Virus record (IMG/VR): IMGVR_UViG_2634166398_000002
From: an uncultured virus (IMG/VR IMGVR_UViG_2634166398_000002)
Lineage: Duplodnaviria; Heunggongvirae; Uroviricota; Caudoviricetes
DNA length: 64,000 nt
Strand: one strand, 5' to 3'
Within the stretch, counting starts at the first letter, position 1. Each line of letters opens with the position of its first letter. The notes under the pieces are model-generated. The model searched no databases and was not told the origin of the DNA. It worked only from the letters and a program-made list of their open reading frames with translations. Positions 50,201-64,000 of the stretch are shown here, in pieces. Made by a program: the position numbers and the translations under genes.

Positions 50201-53200
50201 ATGCCTTTAACTCAATAAAGATAAATCCGAATCTTTCAAGGGAAATATCTAACGCTTTCGATAAAATCGATTTCAGCAAAATGAATGCAGATGAACTTGA
50301 GTCATTTTCAATAAATGTTTCAAAATACATGGAAAATATCCAAAAAGCTCTGCAATCGGGAAATAAAAATAATTTTGATTCCGCCTCTAAAAGCTTAGAA
50401 CAGCTTGTTGATCAATATATGAGTGGCAAAGATAAAGCTAATGGTTTGGCTTTATCTTATGATGACCTTAAAACTGCCATTGACTCTACAAACGATTCTG
50501 CACAAACTGCAAAAGTAACATGGGATGAAAATGGTGAAGGTGTAGATGCATTAGGTGAGCAAGTCGGGAATTTATCTGACAAGCTCAAAGAAGCTAAAGG
50601 TGATTTTGAAGCAATTAAAGGAATCATCGATGAATTAGTTGAATCGAAGCAAAATGATGCTGCTATATCTGCTATTCAAAATGAAGCTTATGACACTATG
50701 TCTGACAGCATCTCCCCTTTAAATAACCTCCTTGAAAAAATGTCTGAAGGTAAAAGCATATCTGCAACAGAAGCCATGAAGCTTATTCAGAAAGAACATG
50801 ATCTTGCTGATGCAATTTCTGTTGAAAATGGTGTTGTAAAAATCAACAGAAATGCAGTTGTTAAGCTTCGGGACACAAAACTCAAAGCTTACAATGATAT
50901 GCAACAATCTGTAAGACAAGATCTAATTAATCAGGCTAATGCATTAAACAAAAAGATTAATATGTATAAGTCTGAAGTCAAGGCTATCAAGACTGTTCAA
51001 GACGCTTATAAAATGAAGTCTGAGCTTGAAGACAACAAGAAAAAGATATACGACGAACTAAAAAAAGGGAACAGTGGTGCGCTACAGTTCCTACCGAAAA
51101 CACAAGATGATTTAAATCAGGTCACTGATATCACTGATCAGCTTAAAGAGCTTGATAAGCTAGCCGATTTGGCTTCAACTTCCCTATCTGAAACAGGAAC
51201 ATCTCTTGATGACCTGTCTTCTTCAAGTGATAAAGCCTCTGAGGAAATGAAAACATCTATGTACGTGGCTGATAAATACAAGGAAGCTCTGGAGAAAGTT
51301 AATGCCGAAGTTGAAAAGTACAATAAGCAAGTAAACGACTATCCAAAGTATTCTCAAAGTTATCGAAATGCCCTGCAGAAAGAAATTAAAGCTCTTCAAC
51401 AAAAGAAAAAGCTTATGCAGGAGCAAGCCAAACTCCTCAAGGATCAAATTAAGTCAGGGAACATTGCACAATACGGTATAGTTACCTCTTCCCTTTCCTC
51501 TGGTTCATCTTCTGGTGGTTCTTATTCTTCCGGTGGCGGGTCTTACTCCGGTAAATACTCCAGCTACATTAATTCTGCCGCAAGCAAATACGGTGTTGAT
51601 CCAGCTCTAATTGCAGCTGTAATCCAACAAGAATCAGGATTCAATGCAAAGGCTCGTTCTGGAGCAGGCGCAGCAGGATTAATGCAGTTGATGCCTTCCA
51701 CTGCCAAAAGCTTAGGTGTAAACAATGTTTATGATCCTTATCAGAGCATTATGGGTGGCACGAAATATTTAGCCCAACAACTAAGCAAATTTGGTGGCAA
51801 TGTTGAAAAAGCACTTGCTGCTTATAATGCAGGGCCTGGTAATGTAATTAAGTATGGCGGCGTCCCTCCTTTCAAGGAAACTCAGAATTATGTTCAGAAG
51901 ATCATGTCTAATTACACTAAGTCAATGACTTCTGCTAATTCCTCCATTGCAAGCTACTACACGAAGAACAGTGCGTTTAGAATAAGTTCTAAATATAATG
52001 CGCAAGATGGCGCTTACCGATCAACTCCACATAAAGGTATCGACTTCGCAGCAAAAGCTGGAACCGCAATTAAATCGGTTCAGAGTGGAAAAGTTCAAAT
52101 TGCTGGTTATAGTAAAACTGCCGGTAACTGGGTTGTCATTCAACAGGATGATGGAAAAGTTGCTAAGTATATGCATATGCTTGATACCCCTTCTGTTAAA
52201 GCCGGTCAAACTGTTAAAGCTGGCCAGACCATCGGTAAAGTTGGCAGTACGGGTAATTCAACAGGAAATCACCTTCATCTTCAAATTGAGGAAAACGGAA
52301 AGACGATTGACCCTGAGAAGTATTTAAAAGGTGTCGGTACATCTATTTCAGATGCATCTCAAGCTGAAGCAGAACGACAGCAAGCAATAGCGCAAGCTAA
52401 ATCCGATCTTCTCTCCCTCCAAGGTGATATTGATTCAGTAAACGATCAGATCCAAGAGCTCAGATATGAAATCGTTCAATCGAAACTTGATGAATATGAC
52501 AAGCGTATTGGTGATTTTGATGTAAGAATCGCTAAAGACAAGGCGCTGGCTAGCCATTATCTGAGCGACAGTAAAGAATTCCGCAAGTATACCAATGATC
52601 AGAAAAAAGCTTTAACTGAACAGCAAAAGATTCAGAGTCAGAAGGTTTCTTTTATTGAAAAAGAAATTAAAACAAACAAAACTCTGAATGCCGCTCAAAG
52701 AGCACAGCTTGCTGAGGAATTAAAACAAGCTAAGATTGATCTCATCAATTTCCAAGAAGAAGTAAGAGAACTTCGAGGACAGCTCATTCAGTCTGAGGTT
52801 GATCAAACGCTTAACGGTATTGAGAAATCAACCAAGAAAACTGAATCCAAGCTTAAAGATGTTAGCAACAAAATATCCATGACCGAGGAAGATAAAGACA
52901 AGGTTAAATATTATAGCCAACAGATTAAGCTTATTCAGCAGCAACAGAATGAAGCGAAGAAGTATATCAAACAGTTGGAAGCACAAAAGAAAGCTGCTAA
53001 AGGGTTCCCGGATATTCAGAAACAAATTACTGAAGAAATCGAGAACTGGAAAGACAAGCAGAAGGATTACAACCTGGAGCTTTACAACACAAAGAAATCT
53101 ATCAAAGATGTGTACAAATCTCTTGCTGATGAAGTTGTCTCTATCTACAAAGAGATGTACGAAAAGATGCGTGATATCGAATTAAAAGCGCACCAAAAAG

Positions 53201-54171
53201 CTACACAAGACTTGATTGATGAGATTGATAAAACTGATGATGAAGCTAAATACCAAAAAGAGCTCAAAGAAAAGAATCAGGCTATTCAGGAAACCAAAGA
53301 TAAGCTAAATAAACTGTCTCTCGATGACTCAGATGAAGCAAAATCACAGGTTAAAGACTTAGAAAAGCAACTTCAAGAACAGCAAGAAGCATTAGATGAG
53401 TTTCTTAAAGATCGTGAAAACAGTAAACGAAAAGAATCGTTACAAGATCAGCTTCAAAAAGATGAAGATTCAATTAACAAGAAATACGATGATCTCGTTA
53501 ATGATGAGCGTGGGTTTAAGGAACTTGAGAAAAAGCTAATGGATGGGAAGATTACTGATATTGCTAAGCAACTGAATGAGTTCTCTAAGTTCATTAACAG
53601 CAATATGGAGTCCATTGGGAAAAGCATCTCTAATAACCTTATCGATAAGCTTAAAGAAGCTTCTAATGCCCTTAATACTGTGACCAAGGGTAATAAAACT
53701 GGAAAAAAGGTATCTTCTTTTGCATCGGGCGGATATACAGGTACAGGACTAGGTGCAGGTAAGCTCGCCTTCCTACACGATAAAGAGCTCATCCTTAATA
53801 AAACCGACACTGCAAATATCTTGGATACAGTAAAAGCTGTACGTGAGAAAGATGCTCCAAGTGAAGAGACGCCAAAATGGGGTCAAGGTGGGAAATTAAC
53901 AGCCTTGATTAACAAAGGAATCACGACTATTCCATCAATAATTCCGAATATTAATCAATCCAGTTTTTCTAATAGTTTGATACCGAGTATTCAAAACCTC
54001 TCTTCCCCACCAGATGCAACTAAGTCAGTAAACGGCACTGTAAACAACAATAATTTTAAAGCTACATTTAACATTAATGAATCAGAAAATCCTCAGAAAA
54101 CAGCTGATTTTGTATTCAATAAATTTGCAAATGGTCTTAAAAACAAGGGCATAAATTTCAACAACTCATGA
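47287..54171 (+). CDS. cwlP: Tape measure protein with lytic transglycosylase and M23 peptidase (CwlP/YomI)
   Basis: TMP core; QQESGF/GLMQLM/AAYNAG SLT motifs; HKGID and HLH M23 motifs. Confidence 0.95.
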   Translation: MSQDLKIILTPKADTSSKTVEQLNQQIKSLEKKLNSLNLKTNIDASALKTLNDFSSAVDTYQKHLKSFNQTVKETTTITRSADGTVEKLTQQYKKNGEIIQREKKFIDNRNQSLREQTQEVNRLTQATEKLGQVQKKTEQKNAQGQTTRVTQKNRNGFDDITYTTDPKTNATSSKVTTNYDQQRKAIEQLKLDLEKLRQQGIVTDTTLSSLGRKLNTAQTAQQIEALQNRIKMLDDKSAAVAKNNELRKTIELYQRQAQVNVQNLNTRYGDTMGTGNRQAAQDYLNAVNSLNVSAGGNNIRSQMQSLNMQFRELASNAQTASSQASSFGTELTQAFKSMSTYLISGSLFYGAISGLKEMVSQAVEIDTLMTNIRRVMNEPDYKYNELLQESINLGDTLSNKITDILQMTGDFGRMGFDESELSTLTKTAQVLQNVSDLTPDDTVNTLTAAMLNFNIAANDSISIADKLNEVDNNYAVTTLDLANSIRKAGSTASTFGVELNDLIGYTTAIASTTRESGNIVGNSLKTIFARIGNNNSSIKALEQIGISVKTASGEAKSATDLINELADKWNTLSDAQKQNTSIGVAGIYQLSRFNALMNNFSISQNAATTASNSAGSAWSEQQKYADSLQARLNRLSNAFTEMSIASSEAFISNSIVVFADALKGLMQTSAQITKTVGLLPQVFGSATTAILLFNTSLRTATISTGMSAISTLKNLVLNFNAVGIGATTASAKTAVWTRVVNASSVAMSNLKKVAVSTSAFLAGSFLPMAAMVGLGVVIEKLISSYSELKQAREDFEQAKTTSIEAITTNKDETDKLISQYKELQKAKDGGALSANQEQEYLQVTQQLAQTFPNLIAGYDSQGQAIIKKNQALKDAIKYTEDLSNLNKKDIQTGANSNFKESLKDIDKLNDKIKQYKQVADYYKNGKSWDIFSSENDKKNQGIKAEQDALRTEQELSSSQAKIREQVQQTIDAFNSIKINPNLSREISNAFDKIDFSKMNADELESFSINVSKYMENIQKALQSGNKNNFDSASKSLEQLVDQYMSGKDKANGLALSYDDLKTAIDSTNDSAQTAKVTWDENGEGVDALGEQVGNLSDKLKEAKGDFEAIKGIIDELVESKQNDAAISAIQNEAYDTMSDSISPLNNLLEKMSEGKSISATEAMKLIQKEHDLADAISVENGVVKINRNAVVKLRDTKLKAYNDMQQSVRQDLINQANALNKKINMYKSEVKAIKTVQDAYKMKSELEDNKKKIYDELKKGNSGALQFLPKTQDDLNQVTDITDQLKELDKLADLASTSLSETGTSLDDLSSSSDKASEEMKTSMYVADKYKEALEKVNAEVEKYNKQVNDYPKYSQSYRNALQKEIKALQQKKKLMQEQAKLLKDQIKSGNIAQYGIVTSSLSSGSSSGGSYSSGGGSYSGKYSSYINSAASKYGVDPALIAAVIQQESGFNAKARSGAGAAGLMQLMPSTAKSLGVNNVYDPYQSIMGGTKYLAQQLSKFGGNVEKALAAYNAGPGNVIKYGGVPPFKETQNYVQKIMSNYTKSMTSANSSIASYYTKNSAFRISSKYNAQDGAYRSTPHKGIDFAAKAGTAIKSVQSGKVQIAGYSKTAGNWVVIQQDDGKVAKYMHMLDTPSVKAGQTVKAGQTIGKVGSTGNSTGNHLHLQIEENGKTIDPEKYLKGVGTSISDASQAEAERQQAIAQAKSDLLSLQGDIDSVNDQIQELRYEIVQSKLDEYDKRIGDFDVRIAKDKALASHYLSDSKEFRKYTNDQKKALTEQQKIQSQKVSFIEKEIKTNKTLNAAQRAQLAEELKQAKIDLINFQEEVRELRGQLIQSEVDQTLNGIEKSTKKTESKLKDVSNKISMTEEDKDKVKYYSQQIKLIQQQQNEAKKYIKQLEAQKKAAKGFPDIQKQITEEIENWKDKQKDYNLELYNTKKSIKDVYKSLADEVVSIYKEMYEKMRDIELKAHQKATQDLIDEIDKTDDEAKYQKELKEKNQAIQETKDKLNKLSLDDSDEAKSQVKDLEKQLQEQQEALDEFLKDRENSKRKESLQDQLQKDEDSINKKYDDLVNDERGFKELEKKLMDGKITDIAKQLNEFSKFINSNMESIGKSISNNLIDKLKEASNALNTVTKGNKTGKKVSSFASGGYTGTGLGAGKLAFLHDKELILNKTDTANILDTVKAVREKDAPSEETPKWGQGGKLTALINKGITTIPSIIPNINQSSFSNSLIPSIQNLSSPPDATKSVNGTVNNNNFKATFNINESENPQKTADFVFNKFANGLKNKGINFNNS

Positions 54172-54215
54172 GCCAGTGTATATGCTGGCTCTTCTTATTT
54201 TTGAGGTGATAAAAA

Positions 54216-54977
54216 TTGATTAGAGAAAGCCTCTATTTTTTATTTAATAACGAAAAATCAAGTGACTATGGCGTCACAAATGTTAATACTGATTCAGGCT
54301 TAGTTGAGGAACCGTTCTTAGGCTCAAGAACAGTCAATGAAACTTATGTAAAGGGTCGACCTGAACCCTACACTGAAGGTGTTAAACAGGAACCTAAGCA
54401 ATTCCCATTGAATTTTTATCTCGGTGATCACTTTGATGAAAAGAATGTACGAGCAATTAAACGTTGGTTAAGTGTAGATGATTACAAGCCTTTTGCGTTT
54501 AGCCAAAACCTTGATATCGTTTATTATGCAATGCCAGTAGATACAGCTGATTTAGTTCATAATGCCGCTCGTAATGGCTACGTCCGGTTAACTATGAAAT
54601 GCAACTCCCCTTACGCTTACAGTCGAAATGCAATTACTCATGCCTTTGATATATCCTCTGGTACTGAAATTGTTGAGTTGCATAATAAAGGCGATGTAAA
54701 CATCTTCCCCTCTTTAGAAATATTGAAAATTGGTGATGGTGACATAAAAATCGAAAATCTCAGTGATTTCAGCGAACCGTTTTTATTCAGCAACTTGAAA
54801 GATAAGGAGCTCTTAAAAATAAACAGCGAAAAAGAAATTATTGAGTCTAATCTTTATGGCAATGAGCGCTATGACGATTTTAATGACCAGTACTTGAGAT
54901 TGGGATTTGGAAGGAACAGATTAAAGGTTACAGGGAATTGCAAATTAAGATTTTCATTTAGATACAAGTATTTGTAG
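54216..54977 (+). CDS. yomH: Distal tail protein (YomH)
   Basis: After TMP; C-SPYAYS and GRNRL motifs. Confidence 0.75.
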   Translation: MIRESLYFLFNNEKSSDYGVTNVNTDSGLVEEPFLGSRTVNETYVKGRPEPYTEGVKQEPKQFPLNFYLGDHFDEKNVRAIKRWLSVDDYKPFAFSQNLDIVYYAMPVDTADLVHNAARNGYVRLTMKCNSPYAYSRNAITHAFDISSGTEIVELHNKGDVNIFPSLEILKIGDGDIKIENLSDFSEPFLFSNLKDKELLKINSEKEIIESNLYGNERYDDFNDQYLRLGFGRNRLKVTGNCKLRFSFRYKYL

Positions 54978-58289
<3,312 letters not shown>

Positions 58290-58309
58290 GAAAGGACGGT
58301 GAATTTAGT

Positions 58310-59128
58310 TTGGATTTTCCTCAGCTCTATAACGACCCTACACTTTCTCAAAAAAGGAAGGGTTCAATCGATGACCCTTATTTAAGCTATAGTGAAACTT
58401 TAACTGTTTACAATGGTCGAGTCTTACTTACAGAAGTGCCTAACCGTGAGTACAGGGTCGAGGTTAGTGGTGACAGTAAAGAATGGCGAGAAATTGAAGA
58501 TGGTGAATTAGAAGACAACTACTTTAAGGTTGATTATCTTATGGGAGTTGTCTTTTTCAATGGTTCAAATGAAGGCAAATCACTTACTTTTACATATCAA
58601 GGAGAAGGCGCATCCTTCTTCCCTGCCTCAAGAATTTGGATTAAACGACAAGGAAATATGGTCATTGAAACGCTTCAAGGCTTAATTGATGATGCTGAAG
58701 ATGCCATTATTCGTATCAATGAACGTATTGCTGAATGTGAACGTGTCACCAAGCGATGTATTGAAATAACAAATTGGTGCAGACAAGCAACATCAGATTA
58801 TGAATATGTAGTTGAAAACACTAGGAAGATTTACAAACCCTCTGTTTATACATTCGCAGATATACAAACAACTTACCCCAATCCACTTATAGGATGGACG
58901 GTTGCTGTAAAAGAAAACAAAACCGTGTATAGATGGGATGGTTTTGATTGGATTGATATTGGAACTTCGGAAGCTTACGAAGGTTTCAATATCTTATTAA
59001 GCGCTGTAGAACCTTTCAATACTAATTATGTATGGTATCAGGATGAAGGCTTAATTCCAGAAAAACAAAGAGTTGTTATATCAAACGTTGCTCCAGAATC
59101 AGGTGCAGTTTGGTATGAAATTGATTAA
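58310..59128 (+). CDS. yomF: YomF-like baseplate protein
   Basis: 272 aa; synteny. Confidence 0.65.
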   Translation: MDFPQLYNDPTLSQKRKGSIDDPYLSYSETLTVYNGRVLLTEVPNREYRVEVSGDSKEWREIEDGELEDNYFKVDYLMGVVFFNGSNEGKSLTFTYQGEGASFFPASRIWIKRQGNMVIETLQGLIDDAEDAIIRINERIAECERVTKRCIEITNWCRQATSDYEYVVENTRKIYKPSVYTFADIQTTYPNPLIGWTVAVKENKTVYRWDGFDWIDIGTSEAYEGFNILLSAVEPFNTNYVWYQDEGLIPEKQRVVISNVAPESGAVWYEID

Positions 59129-59169
59129 AGGAGACTTCGATCGGGTCTCTTTTTTATGGAGGTAAATGA

Positions 59170-61728
59170 ATGGGATTTAAATATTACGACAAGAAAACAG
59201 AGCAGTATGTACCCATGTCGATTGAATTACTCAAATCTGATGGGGTATCGTTCACTGCTCCTGAAATCAAAAAAGCTTTTGATACCGCTTCTCAAGACAT
59301 TACAAACGTAATAAGTACAGTCAATTCTAGTTTATCAGATATCAAAAACACTATTGGAGACATTTCAAAAATCCCTGCATCCGGTGCAACAATTGTTGAT
59401 AAAGTCTTAAATGAATTTATCAGACGAAGTGTCAATGTTCAGGATTTTGGAGCTAAGGGTGATGGTGTTACTGATGACACTGAAGCTTTCAAAGCTGCCT
59501 TTGCAAGTGGGAAACGAGAGGTTTTTGTACCTGCAGGTATTTATATGGTTCAAGGATTACATATCCCTTCTTATGTCAGACTTTACGGTGTTGGATCAGG
59601 GTCTATTATCAAGCTTCACCCAACTGCCGCCGGAACATCTTGTGTGTTAACCAATAGCGACTACACAAACGGAAACGAATATATCTTAATTGAAGACTTA
59701 GACCTCGATTGGAATTTAGACAAAAAGGATAATACCATTACAAACGGCACAAATGCAAACTGTGTGGGCATTGTTAACTCTAAATTTGTTCGGGTTAGAA
59801 ACGTCAATGCTCGAAATCCAGGTGTGCATGGTTTTGATGTAAGCTCCCCTGTTTGGAACTCTTCCTCTGATGGCGCAGATCATTATCAGCCAAATGGTAG
59901 CAAATATGTTTGGATTGAAAATTGTACTGCAACTAATTATGGTGATGACGGCTTCACAACTCACTATTCTGACTACATCTTCTTCACTAACTGTTACGCC
60001 TATGACGCTAACGGATCTGCACACAGCAAAGGAGCTTCAAATTCAAACGGTTTTGAAATTGATGATGGCTCTAAAAATGTGTGGCTTGTGAACTGTTACA
60101 GCCGAAAAAACTGCAGAGGTTTTGAAGTCAAAGCTCACAACAGAGCACCAGCAGCAAGAAACGTAAACTTAATAAACTGCTATTCCGAAAATGATATCCG
60201 CGCTTTCGACTTTAGACATATTGGCTTCCACCTAGCCTCCGAAAAAATCTCCACAAGTGCATTTGACATTAATGTTGTTAACTGCACTGCACAACATCCT
60301 ATTTTCAGTGACCTTTATCAAGGTTTAAATCCTCGCGCACTTGTTATTTCCGCTTATAGAAATGTCAACGTATCAAACTTCAATGCAATCGGTGACCCGA
60401 CATATGATTACAAGAATACTACAGTAATCTCTACTCAATATAAGAGCAGAAATATCAACCTAAGCAACATCACTGTTTCAGGGTTTACAACAGCTAGTAA
60501 TGATATCTATGTAATCGGTGGAGCTCAAAAATCAGACAATGTAAACATCTCGAATGTAACTATTAACCAATCTGCACTAGTGGGTATTGCTGTGGGAAGT
60601 AAAGTTGGCTCAGTCAATATCAACAACGTTAACATGACGGGAACAAACAAAGCAGGTTCAATTGGTGTTTACTGCACGAATTCACAAGCTAATATTAGCG
60701 CTGCGATGTGTGAACAATACTCTACTCCCAGTAAAATTGCCGGAAAAACCTACACTTTTATCCCAAATAATTTCAAAGGCGGCACACGGATTGCGACGAC
60801 TTCTGGCTATGCTAAAACGAATACTAGCGTCGTAATGGCATCTTCAGGTGGCGGACAAGCAACTGGCGATGCTTCTGCTGTTATTGCAACAACTGGCGGT
60901 TCTAAAGCAGAAGGGCCACGTAATGCAGTTATTGCTTCCTCTGGTGGATCTAAAACAACAGCTGAAGGAAGTCGTTCATTGGTTGTTGCATCAAATAATT
61001 CTTCCATTGAAGGATCAGGATCTTCTAGGGTTGTTATTGGATCACAATCTGTAGTAAACAGAAAAGGGTATACCACTATATGGGGATATGGAACATCAGA
61101 TACCCCTTCCATCTCGAACATTAAGATAGAACATGATGCGATGAGAGGAAATATTGCCTTAACCGGTCAGGTTAAAGGCGCTTCAACATTTGCTGACTAT
61201 GCGGAGTATTTCGAATCTGCAGATGGAAGAGCAATTCCTACCGGATATATGGTCACACTTGATGGGGACAAAATTAAGAAAGCGAATCTCGGTGACAAGG
61301 TATTAGGAGTTATATCTGAAACAGCTGGTATTGTGCTCGGAGAGTCTTTGTTTAATTGGCAAGGAAGATACCTCAAAAATGAATTCGGCGGTCTTATTTA
61401 TGAAGATACGGATGTAACATTTGTGGATTCGGAAGGTATACAAAGAACAGAAATAAGAAGGTTACCAAAAGAAAACCCCAACTTCAACGCCAATGAAGAA
61501 TATGTTCCACGATCTGAGCGTCCTGAATGGAATATTGTCGGTATGTTTGGACAGATATTCGTTCGCATTGATGAAACAGTTCAAAACGGCGACAGAATTG
61601 TACCTAAAGCCGGAAAAGGATCAAAATCCTCTGATGCTTCAGGTTATCCGGTAATGAAAATAACTACACCTTATACAAAGGAAAGAGGATATGGTGTCGC
61701 TGTCTGCTTAATAACACCCACAGTTTAA
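59170..61728 (+). CDS. yomE: Beta-helix tailspike with C-terminal autoproteolytic chaperone (phi29 gp12-like, YomE)
   Basis: VNVQDFGAKGDGVTDDT beta-helix start; ADYAEYFES chaperone cleavage motif. Confidence 0.85.
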   Translation: MGFKYYDKKTEQYVPMSIELLKSDGVSFTAPEIKKAFDTASQDITNVISTVNSSLSDIKNTIGDISKIPASGATIVDKVLNEFIRRSVNVQDFGAKGDGVTDDTEAFKAAFASGKREVFVPAGIYMVQGLHIPSYVRLYGVGSGSIIKLHPTAAGTSCVLTNSDYTNGNEYILIEDLDLDWNLDKKDNTITNGTNANCVGIVNSKFVRVRNVNARNPGVHGFDVSSPVWNSSSDGADHYQPNGSKYVWIENCTATNYGDDGFTTHYSDYIFFTNCYAYDANGSAHSKGASNSNGFEIDDGSKNVWLVNCYSRKNCRGFEVKAHNRAPAARNVNLINCYSENDIRAFDFRHIGFHLASEKISTSAFDINVVNCTAQHPIFSDLYQGLNPRALVISAYRNVNVSNFNAIGDPTYDYKNTTVISTQYKSRNINLSNITVSGFTTASNDIYVIGGAQKSDNVNISNVTINQSALVGIAVGSKVGSVNINNVNMTGTNKAGSIGVYCTNSQANISAAMCEQYSTPSKIAGKTYTFIPNNFKGGTRIATTSGYAKTNTSVVMASSGGGQATGDASAVIATTGGSKAEGPRNAVIASSGGSKTTAEGSRSLVVASNNSSIEGSGSSRVVIGSQSVVNRKGYTTIWGYGTSDTPSISNIKIEHDAMRGNIALTGQVKGASTFADYAEYFESADGRAIPTGYMVTLDGDKIKKANLGDKVLGVISETAGIVLGESLFNWQGRYLKNEFGGLIYEDTDVTFVDSEGIQRTEIRRLPKENPNFNANEEYVPRSERPEWNIVGMFGQIFVRIDETVQNGDRIVPKAGKGSKSSDASGYPVMKITTPYTKERGYGVAVCLITPTV

Positions 61729-61902
61729 TTTAGTGTCCTCTTAAAGGAGGTGGTTATGTTCTAGTTAAAATATAAATTTTATTCAATTTACAGCATTCAA
61801 AAACAGAGATAACAAGAGCATACGTGAGATAAAGAGAGATTGGAATTTACCCCCTTCTCTCTTTTTTGTGCTCAAATTTAATTTTTAGGAGAGATGCTCA
61901 AT

Positions 61903-62946
61903 ATGACAATTGCAGTGAAAAAGAGATTAGTTCTAAGTGAAAAATACGCCCTGAAATGTCCGAACCCAATGACACCGGAGTATATCACTATTCATAACAC
62001 AGCAAACGACGCATCAGCCGCCAATGAAATCAGTTATATGACGGGAAACAGCGAATCGACAAGCTATCACTTTGCCATCGATGATAAAGAAGTCATTCAG
62101 GGGATTCCGCTGGATCGGAACGCTTGGCACTCTGGCGATGGAAGGAATGGAACCGGTAACCGTAAGTCTATCGCAGTAGAAATCTGCTACAGTAAGTCAG
62201 GTGGCGCGCGGTACCGCGCAGCAGAAGCGCTGGCTATCAAGTTTGTGGCGCAGCTTCTCAAAGAGCGCGGATGGGGCGTTGACAAAATCAGAAAGCATCA
62301 GGACTGGAACGGAAAATACTGTCCGCATCGTATTCTGTCTGAGGGACGTTGGGATCAAGTGAAAGCGGCCATTGCTGCAGAATTAAAAGTACTCGGCGGA
62401 AAAACTTCTTCCTCATCTTCAAAGCCAACAAAAGTCGTTAAAACAAATGGCTCTTATGTTAAGAACACAGTTATCGCAGACAGTCTTAATGTGAGAACTC
62501 AGCGCAATGCGAACTCCTCTATTGTACTTGCCCTTCCTAAAGGCTCCACTGTCCAATACCAAAAAGGATCAACTCAAAATGGTTGGGGTTATATCAAATA
62601 TACAAACTCCAAAGGTGCTACATACAGCGGATATGTAAATGTGAAATACATTAAAAGTGATGCTGAGCTTGGAAAATCAACCCCAAAGCCTAAACCCACT
62701 TCTAAGCCTGATAACAGTGGAATCAAATCTGTAGGCAAGATTAAAGTTGTCGGAGTAAAAAGCGCTGCTATCGTAATGGACAGACCTGATAAAAACAAAG
62801 CGAAGAATCTCGGCACTGTGGAGCTAGGTGATACCGTCAGCATTTCTGGCTCAGTGAAAGGGTCAAACAATGCTAAGGGTTACTGGGAAGTTATCTACAA
62901 AGGTAAACGCGGCTACATTTCAGGACAATTTGGCTCAAAAATCTAA
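61903..62946 (+). CDS. blyA: Endolysin: N-acetylmuramoyl-L-alanine amidase with SH3b domains
   Basis: TIHNTAND, AWHSGDG, KHQDW, CP; LNVR...GW SH3b. Confidence 0.9.
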   Translation: MTIAVKKRLVLSEKYALKCPNPMTPEYITIHNTANDASAANEISYMTGNSESTSYHFAIDDKEVIQGIPLDRNAWHSGDGRNGTGNRKSIAVEICYSKSGGARYRAAEALAIKFVAQLLKERGWGVDKIRKHQDWNGKYCPHRILSEGRWDQVKAAIAAELKVLGGKTSSSSSKPTKVVKTNGSYVKNTVIADSLNVRTQRNANSSIVLALPKGSTVQYQKGSTQNGWGYIKYTNSKGATYSGYVNVKYIKSDAELGKSTPKPKPTSKPDNSGIKSVGKIKVVGVKSAAIVMDRPDKNKAKNLGTVELGDTVSISGSVKGSNNAKGYWEVIYKGKRGYISGQFGSKI

Positions 62947-63052
62947 ATATATTTAAATATCTTTGAGGATGATTGTAGCTCAAAGTGTATCAATGATTAT
63001 TTAGGAGGTGATGTGACATTACCTCCTATTTTTTATGGAGGATGATTGCATT

Positions 63053-63424
63053 GTGGCTGAAAAAGAAAACTATGAAGTTTTAAAGACTGAGGTTGCTCAT
63101 ATAAAAGAACGTCTTAAAGAACAAGCAGAAGATAGAAAAATCATGTTGGAAACACAAAAAACAACAAGTGAATCACTTATTAGACTTACCACTGTTGTTG
63201 AGAACCAAGAAAAAAACCTTGTTGAAACAAAAAATTTGTTCACCACTGAGATAGCTGGACTAAGAAATGAATTTCAGCAAGTTAATCAGTCGCAAACAAA
63301 GTGGCTTCAAAACTTATTAGAAGGAACATTTGGCAAGACATTAAAGATTTTAGTTTTAATTATCCTCATACTACTTGGTGCAGAGATCGCTGGTGTTGAT
63401 ATCACCAAATTAGCTAATTTATAA
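63053..63424 (+). CDS. Holin-associated coiled-coil protein with C-terminal TM
   Basis: Between endolysin and holin. Confidence 0.6.
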   Translation: MAEKENYEVLKTEVAHIKERLKEQAEDRKIMLETQKTTSESLIRLTTVVENQEKNLVETKNLFTTEIAGLRNEFQQVNQSQTKWLQNLLEGTFGKTLKILVLIILILLGAEIAGVDITKLANL

Positions 63425-63436
63425 GGAGACGATTTA

Positions 63437-63688
63437 ATGACTAAAATTAACTGGAAAGTAAGACTAAAAAAGAAAACATTCCTGGTTGCAATCTTCTCTG
63501 CAACTCTTTTGTTTGCACAAGCAATTGCATCAGCTTTTGGATACGATATTTCTGTGTTTAGTGATGATCTCACTGAGAAATTTAATGCACTGCTGACATT
63601 TTTAACTGCCATGGGAATTGTAGTGGATCCAACCACTACAGGTATCTCAGATAGTGATCAAGCAATGGAATACACAGAACCAAAATAA
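63437..63688 (+). CDS. Phage holin (phiLC3 family)
   Basis: INWKVRLK...GIVVDPTTxGISDS. Confidence 0.88.
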   Translation: MTKINWKVRLKKKTFLVAIFSATLLFAQAIASAFGYDISVFSDDLTEKFNALLTFLTAMGIVVDPTTTGISDSDQAMEYTEPK

Positions 63689-63748
63689 CTCGGGGGAGTT
63701 CATCCCCCCTTTTTTCATTTTTAATTAAGAAAGGAATGATTGTTGGTC

Positions 63749-64000
63749 ATGCAAATAGGATCTGGATATATCGGGAGTCCAATGCTTGAGAAGTCAGAAT
63801 CTAACCATGAAGTGATCCCTTCCCCACCTGCAACCTGGACGATTAAATATTCTTTCTATAAATTCAGCTTTTCGAATGATCAGGAATGCCACGTATCAAT
63901 CAATGGTGGTGATCCTATCTATTTAAGAGCTGGACAAGGCTTTCAAATGGACGCTCATGATTCACCTATCACAAGCTTCAAAATTTCTGAGTCAGGAATA
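63749..64000 (+). CDS. Hypothetical protein (runs off window)
   Basis: AAAGGA RBS; open frame MQIGSGYIGSP... Confidence 0.55.
   Translation, partial: MQIGSGYIGSPMLEKSESNHEVIPSPPATWTIKYSFYKFSFSNDQECHVSINGGDPIYLRAGQGFQMDAHDSPITSFKISESGI

Overview
The whole window is an internal segment of an SPbeta-like (Spbetavirus, phi3T-like) Bacillus temperate phage or prophage; no host genes or att sites are visible. From 1 to about 20 kb (mostly minus strand) lie the sro repressor region, a complete arbitrium system (aimR, aimP with predicted peptide SIIRGA, MazE-mimic aimX, AimR operator), a variable array of small ORFs and morons (HNH, HEPN, acyltransferase), the yonT/SR6-like type I toxin-antitoxin locus and a tubR/tubZ-like tubulin pair. 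From about 20 to 64 kb (plus strand) lie the YonO RNA polymerase, HU, a long non-coding region, and head, tail and lysis genes. The main unexplained signals are: (1) a ~1.2 kb densely base-paired, G-U-rich non-coding region after HU that looks like a large structured RNA; (2) an 18-bp ATAAAA-N6-TTTTAT palindrome that repeatedly marks gene boundaries, resembling recombinase cassette sites; (3) a TubZ/TubR pair next to a G/C-skew-switch region; (4) a stand-alone FtsK/SpoIIIE gamma-domain gene bracketed by duplicated hairpins. The yon/yom/yop names rest on recalled SPbeta synteny, size and motifs, not on database searches.
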